DNA from: Granulibacter bethesdensis
GTDB taxonomy: Bacteria; Pseudomonadota; Alphaproteobacteria; Acetobacterales; Acetobacteraceae
Assembly: GCF_001889525.1 (NCBI RefSeq)
Contig: NZ_CP018192.1
Location: 1,227,493-1,251,492, forward strand
Length of the DNA: 24,000 nt
Direction of reading: 5' to 3'
The notes below the pieces were generated by a model, which was not told where the DNA came from, did not search any database, and was given only the letters and a program-made list of their open reading frames with translations. Below, one piece after another: positions 15,454 to 24,000 of this stretch. Numbering within the stretch: the stretch's first letter is position 1; each line of letters opens with the position of its first letter. The position numbers were made by a program, and so were the translations under genes.

Positions 15454-16428
15454 ATGCGGCGCATGAACCGCTCGCTGAGCCGTGGGGCTGCGATTTCCTT
15501 CGCCGTCCACGTGCTGGTGCTGGCCATTATCCTGATCGGGATTCCGATTACGCCGCCCCCATCGCCGCCGGAAGACAAATCGGTTGAAGTGGAGTTCGAA
15601 GGACCGGCGCAAACGGCCCGGAAAGCGGAGCAGTCCGGTCAGGTCGCTGCGCCGGCTGACCGGGAGGATAACGACGAAAAGGAAACGGCAACGCAGCCGC
15701 CAAAGCCGCAGCCTACGGAACCTCCACCCCCGCCACCTCCACCCCCGCCGCCTCCGCCGACCTCGGCGCCTGCTCCGCCTTCGCCGGTACAGCCGGAGCC
15801 GCAGCCTCCGCGTGAGGAAAGCCCGGAGCCGTCGCCTGTCGCACCGCCTCCGCCGCCAGCGCCGCCGCGGCCGGTGCAGCAAGCCCAGCCTGCACCGCCA
15901 TCGCCGATTCCACCTCCTCCGAAGCCTGTGGAGTCGCCGCCGAGCAAGACGCATCAGCCGAACGAGACCAAAAATCCGGCTGCTGACAGCCCGGCCAATG
16001 AAAATACGCTGGAGAAGGCGCTGGCCAAGCTTCAGAAACAGACCAAACCGCCTACTGCTCGTCCCAATCCTGCATCAGGGGCACGGCGAAATGGTGGAGG
16101 GTCACCGACCTCCGATGACACTGCCTCGCTCAGTGCCGTGCAGCGTGGTGCGGTGGGTGATCGGGTGCGCGAATGCTGGACCATCGATGCAGGGGCCGAG
16201 AATGTGAAGGATTTCTCGGTTATCCTGGATGTCGATACGCGTCCGGGTGGTATTGCCTATCGCGCCACGATTGATCCGGCAGAAGCGGGTAAAATGAGTA
16301 ATCCGGTGTTCCGTGCCTTTGCTGAACGGGCCAGACGGGCAGTACTGGACAGCCGTTGTGCAACGTTACCTTTGCCGCCGGAACTGTCCGGAAAACCGTC
16401 ATCCTTCAAATTCCGTTTCAGACCATGA
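15454..16428 (+). CDS. tolA: Tol-Pal system protein TolA (N-terminal TM anchor, Pro/Ala/Glu-rich linker, C-terminal TolA/TonB-like domain)
   Basis: GGAGG SD upstream of ATG 15454. TM helix AISFAVHVLVLAIILIGI. Long proline-rich spacer including a run of 13 Pro. Position between tolR and tolB. Confidence 0.85.
   Translation: MRRMNRSLSRGAAISFAVHVLVLAIILIGIPITPPPSPPEDKSVEVEFEGPAQTARKAEQSGQVAAPADREDNDEKETATQPPKPQPTEPPPPPPPPPPPPPTSAPAPPSPVQPEPQPPREESPEPSPVAPPPPPAPPRPVQQAQPAPPSPIPPPPKPVESPPSKTHQPNETKNPAADSPANENTLEKALAKLQKQTKPPTARPNPASGARRNGGGSPTSDDTASLSAVQRGAVGDRVRECWTIDAGAENVKDFSVILDVDTRPGGIAYRATIDPAEAGKMSNPVFRAFAERARRAVLDSRCATLPLPPELSGKPSSFKFRFRP
15721..15750 (+). repeat. 15-nt tandem duplication inside the TolA poly-proline tract
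   Basis: CCTCCACCCCCGCCA (15721-15735) followed by CCTCCACCCCCGCCG (15736-15750), with 1 mismatch. It is part of a 39-nt run of 13 consecutive Pro codons (15721-15759). Confidence 0.8.
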
Positions 16429-16438
16429 ACCTGCCGGG

Positions 16439-16475
16439 CTTGGAACGTGACAGACTTGGAACGTGACATGCTTGA
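16439..16475. repeat. Tandem direct repeat (period 16 bp, about 2.3 copies) in the tolA-tolB spacer
   Basis: CTTGGAACGTGACA occurs at 16439-16452 and again, identical, at 16455-16468, followed by a partial CTTGA at 16471-16475. The repeat starts 11 nt after the tolA stop. Confidence 0.85.
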
Positions 16476-16532
16476 TGCTCTGCCACACAAATGCCCGCAG
16501 AACAGGGCAAGATCCTTCCAGGAGGAATCGCA

Positions 16533-17891
16533 ATGACGCATGAAAACCGTATCCCGGACCGGATAGCCGAGCAGCTGATGGGGCTGCGGCGGCGTGATAT
16601 GCTGGGCTTTTCCGCTGCGGCGCTTGCCGCACCGCTGGGTTTTGCAGGGCCTGCTATGGCCCAGCAGGCAGCGGGCCAGTCTGCCGTCATCGATGTGGAT
16701 CGCGCCCGGACTGCTCCGATCCCGATCGCCATTCCGTCTTTTGGCGGCGGTTCCCAGCTTGCGCAGGATATGGCCAGTGTCATCGCTGCCGATCTGGAAC
16801 GCAGCGGACTGTTCCGCATCGTGGCACCAGGTGCCTATCCTCAGCAAAGCGGGGATGTGCCTAATTTCCAGAGCTGGGGAGCCATCGGCGCGCAGGCGCT
16901 GGTGACAGGTAATGTTTCCGGCAGTGGCGGCAGCGTACACGTTGAATTCCGTCTGTGGGACGTACTTCCGCAGCAGCAGATTCAAGGCACAGCTTACACC
17001 ACGACTTCCGGTAACTGGCGCAGGATCAGCCATATCATCGCTGATGTGATTTATGAGCGGATGCTGGGCGAAAAAGGGTATTTCGATACCCGAATCGTCT
17101 ATGTTTCCAATACCGGACCACGCACAAACCGGACCAAGCGGCTGGCGGTCATGGATCAGGACAGTGCCAATAACCGCTATCTGACCGATGGCAGCTGGAT
17201 GGTTCTGACTCCGCGTTTTCATCCCACGCGGGATGAGATCGTGTTCATGAGTTATGCCAATAACCGCCCGCGCGTTTACACGTTCAACCTTGCCACTGGC
17301 GGCCAGCGGATGCTGGGCGAGTGGCCGGGCATGACCTTTGCGCCGCGTTTCTCGCCGGATGGTTCCAGTGTCGTGATGTCGATGACACGGGGGGGCGGAT
17401 CGGATATTTATGTTGTGGGCCTTGGTGGCGGTGGTCATCGCCAGCTCACCAATTCCGGCTCGATTGATACCAGCCCGTGTTTCAGCCCGGATGGCAGCCA
17501 AATCGTGTTCAACTCCGATCGTGGGGGCGATCAGCAACTTTATGTCATGGGGGCGGACGGATCCGGCGTGCGGCGCATCAGCTTTGGCAGCGGGCGTTAT
17601 GCGACACCGGTCTGGTCTCCGCGCGGTGATCTGATCGCGTTTACACGGCTTGGCTCTTCGGCCTGGAACATCGGTGTCATGAAACCCGATGGCTCAGGTG
17701 AACGTATTCTTGCGCAGGGATACGATGTCGAAGGGCCTACTTTCTGCCCCAATGGCCGTGTGCTGATGTTCTGGTCTGCTTCCGGCGGTCGGCAGAAGCT
17801 CGTTTCTGTCGATATTACTGGCTTTAATGAGCGTCCTGTTCCAACACCGACTGATGCCAGCGATCCTGCCTGGTCGCCTTTGGCTGGATAA
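16533..17891 (+). CDS. tolB: Tol-Pal system beta-propeller protein TolB
   Basis: The ORF track starts at 16491. I prefer ATG 16533, directly preceded by AGGAGGAATCGCA. Repeated FSPDGS / WSPRGD propeller motifs and C-terminal DPAWSP. The N-terminal signal peptide contains RRRDML. Confidence 0.9.
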   Translation: MTHENRIPDRIAEQLMGLRRRDMLGFSAAALAAPLGFAGPAMAQQAAGQSAVIDVDRARTAPIPIAIPSFGGGSQLAQDMASVIAADLERSGLFRIVAPGAYPQQSGDVPNFQSWGAIGAQALVTGNVSGSGGSVHVEFRLWDVLPQQQIQGTAYTTTSGNWRRISHIIADVIYERMLGEKGYFDTRIVYVSNTGPRTNRTKRLAVMDQDSANNRYLTDGSWMVLTPRFHPTRDEIVFMSYANNRPRVYTFNLATGGQRMLGEWPGMTFAPRFSPDGSSVVMSMTRGGGSDIYVVGLGGGGHRQLTNSGSIDTSPCFSPDGSQIVFNSDRGGDQQLYVMGADGSGVRRISFGSGRYATPVWSPRGDLIAFTRLGSSAWNIGVMKPDGSGERILAQGYDVEGPTFCPNGRVLMFWSASGGRQKLVSVDITGFNERPVPTPTDASDPAWSPLAG

Positions 17892-17934
17892 GATTAAAAT
17901 CTGGAGAGAAGTCGTTTAGGTACTGGTGAGGATA

Positions 17935-17962
17935 TTGACCGATTGCGTAATGATTCGATAAT
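17935..17962 (+). promoter_or_regulatory. Candidate sigma70-type promoter for pal
   Basis: TTGACC (17935-17940), 16 nt, GATAAT (17957-17962), about 95 nt upstream of the pal ATG. This is a sequence match only. Confidence 0.35.
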
Positions 17963-18056
17963 CCGCCTGGCAAGACGTGGCGGGATCAATCCCGTTCGCT
18001 AAAAAACCGGGAACGCACGTAAACAGCCTGTCAATTTGTGTAGGGATACAAAAGCA

Positions 18057-18533
18057 ATGAACTACAAGCTTTTCGGCGCGATGGCCGTTGTCGCCCTTCT
18101 GGCGGCGTGCTCCGGTAGCGATCAGTCTGCCAATCAGGGGGGGGCCGGTGCTTCCACCACTGCGACCGGTGTTGTTCCTGGCAGCCAGGAAGATTTGGTC
18201 CAGAACGTTGGTGACCGCGTATTCTATGCGTTCAATCAGTCTTCCCTGAGCACCGATGCCCAGGGGACTCTGGATCGCCAGTCTGCCTGGCTGCAGAAAT
18301 ACCCGCAGGTGAGCGTGCAGGTTGCCGGTAACTGCGATGATCGCGGCACTGAAGAATACAACCTTGCCCTTGGTCAGCGTCGTGCCAATGCCGCCCGTGA
18401 CTTCCTGGTGGCTAAAGGGGTTGCCTCTTCCCGCATCACCACCATAAGCTACGGCAAGGATCGTCCGACTGCTGTTGGCGATGACGAGCAGGCATGGGCG
18501 CAGAACCGTAACGCCATCACCTCGGTTCGCTGA
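18057..18533 (+). CDS. pal: Peptidoglycan-associated lipoprotein Pal (OmpA-like domain)
   Basis: The ORF track starts at TTG 18036. I prefer ATG 18057 (MNYKLFGAMAVVALLAAC), which gives a lipobox LLAAC. OmpA-like motifs: RVFYAFNQSSL, GNCDDRGTEEYNLALGQRRANAARDFL. Confidence 0.92.
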   Translation: MNYKLFGAMAVVALLAACSGSDQSANQGGAGASTTATGVVPGSQEDLVQNVGDRVFYAFNQSSLSTDAQGTLDRQSAWLQKYPQVSVQVAGNCDDRGTEEYNLALGQRRANAARDFLVAKGVASSRITTISYGKDRPTAVGDDEQAWAQNRNAITSVR

Positions 18534-18603
18534 TAACAGAATAGTGTCGTTGGGAAGGCACCAGGGCTCTTCTCCCTCTTGCCTTCTGGCGGCAGACAGG
18601 ATC

Positions 18604-18636
18604 AGGTCAGGAAGCATTGCTTCCTGACCTTTTTTG
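18604..18636 (+). terminator. Rho-independent terminator downstream of pal
   Basis: AGGTCAGGAAGC (18604-18615), loop ATT, GCTTCCTGACCT (18619-18630), followed by TTTTTG (18631-18636) and then TTT. This is a perfect 12-bp stem. On the minus strand no U-tract follows. Confidence 0.8.
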
Positions 18637-18653
18637 TTTCCCGGAGGAATACC

Positions 18654-19511
18654 ATGAAGCGCATGGCTAGGCCGTTGCTGGCTGCGATCCTCGTGGCGGG
18701 GCCAGCTTTTCTGGCCGCCCCTGATATTGCGTCTGCACAGATAGAGAGCCGCGAAGGCATTGCCCTGCAAAACCAGATTCTGGAGCTTCGACAGCAATTG
18801 CAGGAGCTGGGCAGTCAGGGCCGGGGCAATATTGTTACGACTGCTCCTGTTCAGTCGCAGGGCAATGTGAACGGCGATTTGCTGGCTCAACTTCTCCAGC
18901 GGGTGCAGACTCTGGAAGAACAGGTTCGCACGGTGCAGGGTCGTATCGACGATCTCGATAACCGTATGAAAACGCAGTCCGATAATCTGGCCAAGGAGAT
19001 GGACGATCTGAAATATCAGCTGGGGGGGGCGAATGGTAACAATGCCCCTTTAGCCGCACCCCGCGCTAGCGGGGCGCAGAGTGCTGAAGGCAGGACGGCA
19101 ACCACTCCGCCGCCACAGACGACGGTTCCGGCACCGACGCCCCAGCTTTCGCTGCAGGCAGGATATTCCGCCCTGGCACGTCGTGACTATGCGGCTGCTG
19201 AAGCAGCCGCGCAGCAGATTCTGAGTAATCCCCGGCATCCTCATGCGTATGATGCTCAGTATTTGTTGGCTCAGGCTTTGGCCGGACGACGGGATTGGCA
19301 ACAGGCTGCCCTGACCTATGATACGGTCTATAAGCGCAACAAGACCGGATCTCATGCGGCGGAATCCCTGCTTGGGCTGGCCAATGCTCTGGGGGCTATC
19401 AATGAGAAACCAGCCGCTTGCGCGACGATTGTCAAACTTCAGAGAGAGTTTCCCTCTGCTGCAGCCGGTACCAATGTGAAGGCGGCCAGGCTCCGCTATG
19501 GCTGCTCCTGA
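18654..19511 (+). CDS. cpoB: Cell-division coordinator CpoB/YbgF (signal peptide, coiled coil, TPR domain)
   Basis: The ORF track starts at 18579. I prefer ATG 18654, preceded by GGAGGAATACC. Signal peptide MKRMARPLLAAILVAGPAFLAAPDIASA. Gln/Leu-rich coiled coil, then a TPR-like C-terminus (YDAQYLLAQALAGRRDWQQAALTY). Position after pal. Confidence 0.85.
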   Translation: MKRMARPLLAAILVAGPAFLAAPDIASAQIESREGIALQNQILELRQQLQELGSQGRGNIVTTAPVQSQGNVNGDLLAQLLQRVQTLEEQVRTVQGRIDDLDNRMKTQSDNLAKEMDDLKYQLGGANGNNAPLAAPRASGAQSAEGRTATTPPPQTTVPAPTPQLSLQAGYSALARRDYAAAEAAAQQILSNPRHPHAYDAQYLLAQALAGRRDWQQAALTYDTVYKRNKTGSHAAESLLGLANALGAINEKPAACATIVKLQREFPSAAAGTNVKAARLRYGCS

Positions 19512-20799
19512 AGAGCAGCAATCTGCCCTGGAGAGGGGAAGTCGTGATCATGATCGGGTCACGACTTTCTTCGCGGAGGCAATGGCCCGGATTGTGCCGC
19601 CTGTATCGCAGCGGGTCGCTGTGGCGGTGTCCGGTGGATCTGACAGTCTGGCTCTCGCTCTGTTGGTAGCCAGGTGGCAGAGGTCCCACGGTGGTTCGGT
19701 TCTGGCGCTGGTGGTTGATCATGGACTCCGCCCGGAATCGGCTTTTGAAGCACAGCTCACTCTGGAGCGACTGAAAACGCAAAAAATTGAAGCCCGTTTA
19801 CTCCGGCTGACCGCTCTTCGAAGGGGCAGCGCGATCGCAAGCCGAGCCAGAGCTGCCCGTTATGATGCGTTGATGGCCGCCTGCCGAAACGAAGGCATCC
19901 TTGATCTTTTGCTGGGCCATCACCGGCAGGATCAGGCGGAAACGATATGGATCAGACAACAGGCCGGCAGTGCCATAATGGGCCTGGCAGGAATGGCCCA
20001 GATCCGGGAAGCATCGGATATCCGGCTGTTGCGTCCTCTACTGGCTTTCGACAAAACGACTCTGAGGAATGTTGTACGCGATCATGGCCTGGACTGGGTA
20101 GAAGATCCGTCCAATGACTCTCCTGCCGCAGGGCGCACACAGGCTCGGGAAGTGGTGGAGCGGGATGGCTTGCAGCAGGAGCAGTTGCTGGAAATGGCCC
20201 ATCGCGCAGCCATGGCCAGACGTGTGCAGGAACAGTCGATTGCGCAGGAACTCGCCTCAACTGTGTCTTTCCTGCCAGAGGGATATGCGCTGGTCAGTGG
20301 AAACACTCTGTCATTTCCCTCCCTTGCAGCTGTTCTGGGGGCAGTGAGCGGAGAAAATTACCGCCCCCGTCATGCCCGGCTGATGCCTTTTCAGAATGGC
20401 TTACGACCCATGACGTTGGAAGGTATCCGAGTGATGCCTGCGGGCCGCCTGCCGGGAGACTGGCTGATCGTCCGGGAGCATGCCGCGCAACAGGCCCCCA
20501 TTTTTGCAAAAGACAGAGGGCTTTGGGATCAGCGTTTTCGTATCCACGATCCGTCGAGAGAAGCAGAAGCAAAAGGCTTATCCCTCGGTGCGCTTGGCAA
20601 GGACGCAAAGCTGTTCCGCTCACGCGATGGACTGCCCTCGGTCATTTTGCAGACACTGCCCAGCTGGCGTCAGGGAGAGAAACTGATAGCGGTGCCGCAT
20701 CTTGGTATCGTGAGAAGCGATCCGGGCGCGACAATTTGTCTCAGCCCGGCGCAGCCAGCCACTGGGGCCCTGTTTCAGCCTGGTGTGATGGGCTGGTAG
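19498..20799 (+). CDS. tilS: tRNA(Ile)-lysidine synthetase TilS
   Basis: PP-loop motif VAVSGGSDSLALALL, then GHHRQDQAET. ATG 19498 overlaps the cpoB 3' end by 14 nt. An alternative start is ATG 19582 (MARIVPP...). Confidence 0.85.
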   Translation: MAAPEEQQSALERGSRDHDRVTTFFAEAMARIVPPVSQRVAVAVSGGSDSLALALLVARWQRSHGGSVLALVVDHGLRPESAFEAQLTLERLKTQKIEARLLRLTALRRGSAIASRARAARYDALMAACRNEGILDLLLGHHRQDQAETIWIRQQAGSAIMGLAGMAQIREASDIRLLRPLLAFDKTTLRNVVRDHGLDWVEDPSNDSPAAGRTQAREVVERDGLQQEQLLEMAHRAAMARRVQEQSIAQELASTVSFLPEGYALVSGNTLSFPSLAAVLGAVSGENYRPRHARLMPFQNGLRPMTLEGIRVMPAGRLPGDWLIVREHAAQQAPIFAKDRGLWDQRFRIHDPSREAEAKGLSLGALGKDAKLFRSRDGLPSVILQTLPSWRQGEKLIAVPHLGIVRSDPGATICLSPAQPATGALFQPGVMGW

Positions 20800-20945
20800 G
20801 TCCGTCATTGCACCAGTTATTGGTGGGCAAGGGGGTGCGCTGGGCAAAAAGAGTGCTTATGTTGACACAGCTGACGAAATCCCTGAGCGGATGCAGGCAG
20901 CAGATGATTTCATTTTAGGGCCTGCTTTCGCCCCGGGACGCACTG

Positions 20946-22874
20946 ATGATGGGTAATTTCGGCCGTAACCTGGCCTTATGGGTGGTCATCGCTCTGCTTC
21001 TGGTTGTGCTGTTCAATCAGTTCCAGCCGGGTGGCGGGAAGCCGCCGGAAGCGCAGATCGCCTACTCGGACTTCATTGGCGAGGTTAATGGCGGCCGGGT
21101 ACGGAGCGTCACGATCCAGGGACATAATGTGTCCGGTTCGATGACGGACGGCAAAGCATTCCAGACCTACACCCCTGATGACCAGAGTCTGGTGCAGCAT
21201 CTGACCGATAAAGGCATAAGGGTCGTGGCGAAGCCAGAGGACGGGGATGTTTCGCCGTTCCTCCATTATCTGCTGTCATGGTTTCCGTTCCTGCTGCTGA
21301 TTGGCGTATGGGTCTTCTTCATGCGCCAGATGCAGTCCGGTGGCGGACGAGCCATGGGTTTCGGTAAATCCAGAGCCCGTATGCTGACTGAAAAGCAGGG
21401 TCGGGTGACGTTCGAGGACGTTGCTGGCATCGATGAAGCCAAAGGCGAATTGCAGGAAATCGTCGAATTCCTGAAAGACCCGCAGAAGTTTCAGCGTCTG
21501 GGCGGCAAGATCCCCAAGGGTGTTCTGCTGGTTGGTCCACCCGGTACTGGCAAGACGTTGCTGGCGCGCGCGATTGCGGGTGAGGCAAACGTTCCCTTCT
21601 TTACGATTTCCGGGTCCGACTTCGTGGAAATGTTTGTCGGCGTCGGCGCCAGCCGTGTGCGTGACATGTTCGAACAGGGTAAGAAAAACGCACCCTGCAT
21701 TATTTTCATCGACGAGATCGATGCGGTCGGACGTCATCGTGGTGCCGGTCTCGGCGGCGGTAATGATGAGCGGGAGCAGACCCTTAACCAGATGCTGGTG
21801 GAGATGGACGGCTTCGAGTCCAATGAAGGCGTCATTCTGATCGCGGCGACTAACCGCCCTGATGTGCTGGATCCGGCGCTTCTGCGTCCGGGTCGCTTTG
21901 ATCGTCAGGTGGTCGTGCCTAATCCGGACGTGGCCGGGCGGGAGAAAATCCTTCGCGTGCATATGCGCAAGGTTCCTCTGGCAAGCGATGTCGATCCCAA
22001 GGTGATCGCACGCGGCACCCCCGGTTTCTCTGGTGCTGATCTCGCCAATCTGGTGAACGAGGCTGCGTTGCTGGCGGCGCGTCTGTCCCGCCGCACTGTC
22101 TCCATGGCCGAATTCGAGGATGCCAAAGACAAGGTCATGATGGGAGCTGAACGTCGCTCCATGGTCATGTCCGATGCCGAGAAGCGCATGACGGCCTATC
22201 ATGAGGCAGGCCATGCACTGTGCGGTATCTATGAGCCGGACAGTGATCCCCTGCACAAGGTCACCATTATTCCTCGTGGTCGGGCGCTTGGTCTGACCAT
22301 GAACCTGCCGGAAGGCGACCGTCTGAGCTACTCCAAATCCTATTTGCTGGCGAAACTTGTGCTGACGATGGGTGGCCGTGTCGCGGAGGAACTGATTTTC
22401 GGCCCCAATCAGGTGTCCAACGGTGCTTCCGGTGACATCAAGCAGGCTACGGACATCTCCCGCCGCATGATCACGGAATGGGGCATGAGCGATAAGCTCG
22501 GGATGATTGCTTATGGTGATAACAGCCAGGAGGTCTTTTTAGGCCATTCGGTGACCCAGTCCAAGAATATCTCCGAGCATACGGCCCGTGAAATCGAGGC
22601 CGAGGTTAAACAGATGATCGACCGCGCCTATGCGCGCGCAAGGGAAATCCTGACCCAGCATATCGATGAACTTCATCTACTGGCGCAAGGTTTGCTGGAA
22701 TATGAGACCCTGTCCGGTGAAGAAAGCCGCATGGTGATGCGCGGCGAGAAGGTCGAAAAGAAAGTTGTGGATGAACCGATGCCGGAAACACGCCGGTCTT
22801 CTGTTCCCACGACAAGCCGTCCGGCGACTCCACCACCCGGTGAAGGGTTTGGGGCAGCCCCTCAGCCGGGTTGA
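20946..22874 (+). CDS. ftsH: ATP-dependent zinc metalloprotease FtsH
   Basis: Walker [12 protein letters not shown], Walker [13 protein letters not shown] region [20 protein letters not shown], zinc motif HEAGHAL. Confidence 0.95.
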   Translation: MMGNFGRNLALWVVIALLLVVLFNQFQPGGGKPPEAQIAYSDFIGEVNGGRVRSVTIQGHNVSGSMTDGKAFQTYTPDDQSLVQHLTDKGIRVVAKPEDGDVSPFLHYLLSWFPFLLLIGVWVFFMRQMQSGGGRAMGFGKSRARMLTEKQGRVTFEDVAGIDEAKGELQEIVEFLKDPQKFQRLGGKIPKGVLLVGPPGTGKTLLARAIAGEANVPFFTISGSDFVEMFVGVGASRVRDMFEQGKKNAPCIIFIDEIDAVGRHRGAGLGGGNDEREQTLNQMLVEMDGFESNEGVILIAATNRPDVLDPALLRPGRFDRQVVVPNPDVAGREKILRVHMRKVPLASDVDPKVIARGTPGFSGADLANLVNEAALLAARLSRRTVSMAEFEDAKDKVMMGAERRSMVMSDAEKRMTAYHEAGHALCGIYEPDSDPLHKVTIIPRGRALGLTMNLPEGDRLSYSKSYLLAKLVLTMGGRVAEELIFGPNQVSNGASGDIKQATDISRRMITEWGMSDKLGMIAYGDNSQEVFLGHSVTQSKNISEHTAREIEAEVKQMIDRAYARAREILTQHIDELHLLAQGLLEYETLSGEESRMVMRGEKVEKKVVDEPMPETRRSSVPTTSRPATPPPGEGFGAAPQPG

Positions 22875-22883
22875 CCGGCTGAG

Positions 22884-23930
22884 ATGACGCGACATCAGGA
22901 GGCGGGGGCACACAAAGACATTCTTGCCCCCGTTGAGCCGCTTGGGTTGTTGAATGCAGAGGCAGCGCGTCTGGCTGTGTCGTCAGGCGCAGCGATTCCC
23001 TTTCTTGGGGGCCCATTGGCATTCTCTCTGTACAGGCAAGGTGATTCCGTTTTTCCTGCGGCCACGCTGCAAGAGCCGGAACGGGAAAGATTGACAGCCC
23101 TCCGTCCACACTGGGCCGGTTTTGCACGACCGGCAATTATGGGCATCATCAATGTCACGCCAGACAGTTTCAGCGATTCCGGTGACCGCTTCGATGTTGG
23201 TCGTGCCGTTGCCGATGCAGAAGAGATGCTTGCTCAGGGGGCCGATATTCTGGATATCGGGGGGGAAAGCACCCGTCCGGGCAGTGTTCCCGTGCCCCCT
23301 GAAGAAGAACAGCGGCGCATTCTGCCGGTCATCAGCGCTTTGGCAGCCAGAGGGGCGGTGATTTCTGTCGATACGCGCAATGCATCCACCATGCGGAAGG
23401 CGCTTGATGCGGGAGGGCGTATTTTCAATGATGTCTCTGGCCTGACGCATGATTCTGCTTCGCTTCGTCTTGCGGCGGAGGCCCAGTGTCCCGTGGTGCT
23501 GATGCATATGCGCGGTACACCGGCGACGATGATGGATGGTGCCAACACCGCCTATGAAAACGTGGTCGAGGATGTTTTTTACGAGTTGCAGCATCTGCTG
23601 AACGAAGCTGAAAAAGCCGGCATCCATCGTGACAATATCGCCATTGATCCAGGGATCGGCTTTGCCAAGCTGAATCGTCACAGCGTGGCCTTGCTGGATC
23701 GACTACCTTTGCTTGCCACACTGGGTTGTCGCCTGCTGATTGGTGTATCGCGTAAAGGTATGATTGCAGCACTCGCCGGAGACAGGACTATTCCTCCGAA
23801 ACAGCGTATGCCCGGTTCGGTGGCAGTTGCTTTGCATGCCCTGTCGCGAGGGGCCGATATTTTGCGGGTTCATGATGTGGCCGAGACGGTGCAGGCCGTC
23901 AAAATCTGGATGGGATTGGAGGCTGGTTGA
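22884..23930 (+). CDS. folP: Dihydropteroate synthase FolP with an N-terminal extension
   Basis: Pterin-binding domain motifs: IMGIINVTPDSFSDSG, DIGGESTRPG, ISVDT, NDVSG, DPGIGFAK, GVSRK, LRVHDV. There is no in-frame ATG between 22884 and the IMGIINV Met (residue 86), so about 65 residues lie beyond the usual DHPS N-terminus unless a non-ATG start is used. Confidence 0.88.
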   Translation: MTRHQEAGAHKDILAPVEPLGLLNAEAARLAVSSGAAIPFLGGPLAFSLYRQGDSVFPAATLQEPERERLTALRPHWAGFARPAIMGIINVTPDSFSDSGDRFDVGRAVADAEEMLAQGADILDIGGESTRPGSVPVPPEEEQRRILPVISALAARGAVISVDTRNASTMRKALDAGGRIFNDVSGLTHDSASLRLAAEAQCPVVLMHMRGTPATMMDGANTAYENVVEDVFYELQHLLNEAEKAGIHRDNIAIDPGIGFAKLNRHSVALLDRLPLLATLGCRLLIGVSRKGMIAALAGDRTIPPKQRMPGSVAVALHALSRGADILRVHDVAETVQAVKIWMGLEAG

Positions 23931-24000
23931 AGCGATGAATATCGAAACCCGTCTATGGGCTGATGGCTTCGGCTTTGATCCGACATGACGCAGAAACGTC

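Noticed and set aside
16441-16474. Sigma-54 (TGGCAC-N5-TTGC) or EcfG-type (GGAAC-N16/17-CGTT) promoter inside the tolA-tolB tandem repeat
   Set aside because: In TGGAACGTGACATGCTTG the GG-to-GC spacing is one nt too long for sigma-54, and the -24 element is TGGAAC rather than TGGCAC. The ECF-like reading gives GGAAC-N15-CGTG, which has the wrong spacing and the wrong -10. It is reported only as a repeat.
16257-17537. 426-aa minus-strand ORF antisense to tolB. Similar long antisense ORFs occur at 13847..14869, 13470..14255, 15226..15954, 17916..18890, 21276..22256, 9878..10555, 10531..11148 and 22983..23681.
   Set aside because: All lie entirely opposite strongly supported conserved genes. 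Their translations are Arg/Pro/Gly/Ala-rich with no recognisable motifs and no RBS. These are typical shadow ORFs of high-GC DNA.
23936-24000. 17-codon mini-ORF (MNIETRLWADGFGFDPT, 23936-23988) ending in an ATGA overlap with a new ATG at 23985 (MTQKR...), possibly the start of glmM
   Set aside because: Only 16 nt of the downstream gene are visible. The glmM guess rests solely on the common ftsH-folP-glmM synteny. The mini-ORF has no RBS and is too short to evaluate.

Overview
High-GC chromosomal segment of alphaproteobacterial type. The gene order ybgC-tolQRAB-pal-cpoB-tilS-ftsH-folP and a rhizobial-style iolCDEB operon suggest Alphaproteobacteria, possibly Rhodospirillales/Acetobacteraceae, but I cannot verify the taxon here. 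I call 24 protein-coding genes, and all of them fall into well-known families. Left third (1-8384): a myo-inositol catabolism locus. It holds iolC-iolD-iolE-iolB on the minus strand (iolB truncated by the window edge), a divergent idhA (inositol 2-dehydrogenase) plus an RpiR-type regulator (iolR-like), and a convergent sugar-porter MFS transporter. Right two thirds (8831-24000): housekeeping genes. These are a ymdB-like metallophosphoesterase, yebC-ruvC-ruvA, a bluB-like flavin-destructase/nitroreductase gene on the opposite strand that splits ruvA from ruvB, then ruvB-ybgC-tolQ-tolR-tolA-tolB-pal-cpoB-tilS-ftsH-folP. I see no IS element, integrase, CRISPR array, tRNA/rRNA, toxin-antitoxin pair or defence gene. 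I find no convincing undescribed multi-gene system, so the window looks largely ordinary. The items worth a second look are non-coding or architectural. (1) An orphan plus-strand intrinsic terminator with an upstream sigma70-like promoter lies inside the 446-bp gene-free spacer at 8385-8830; it is an sRNA or leader-attenuator candidate. (2) The bluB-like gene is wedged into ruvAB, with a 194-nt divergent leader and a 9-bp GC hairpin at the 6-nt convergent junction. (3) Two strong palindromes sit in the iolC/idhA divergent control region. (4) A 16-bp tandem repeat lies between tolA and tolB. (5) TolB carries a twin-arginine-like signal peptide. All start-site refinements, promoters and RNA structures are hand-derived and need computational or experimental confirmation.
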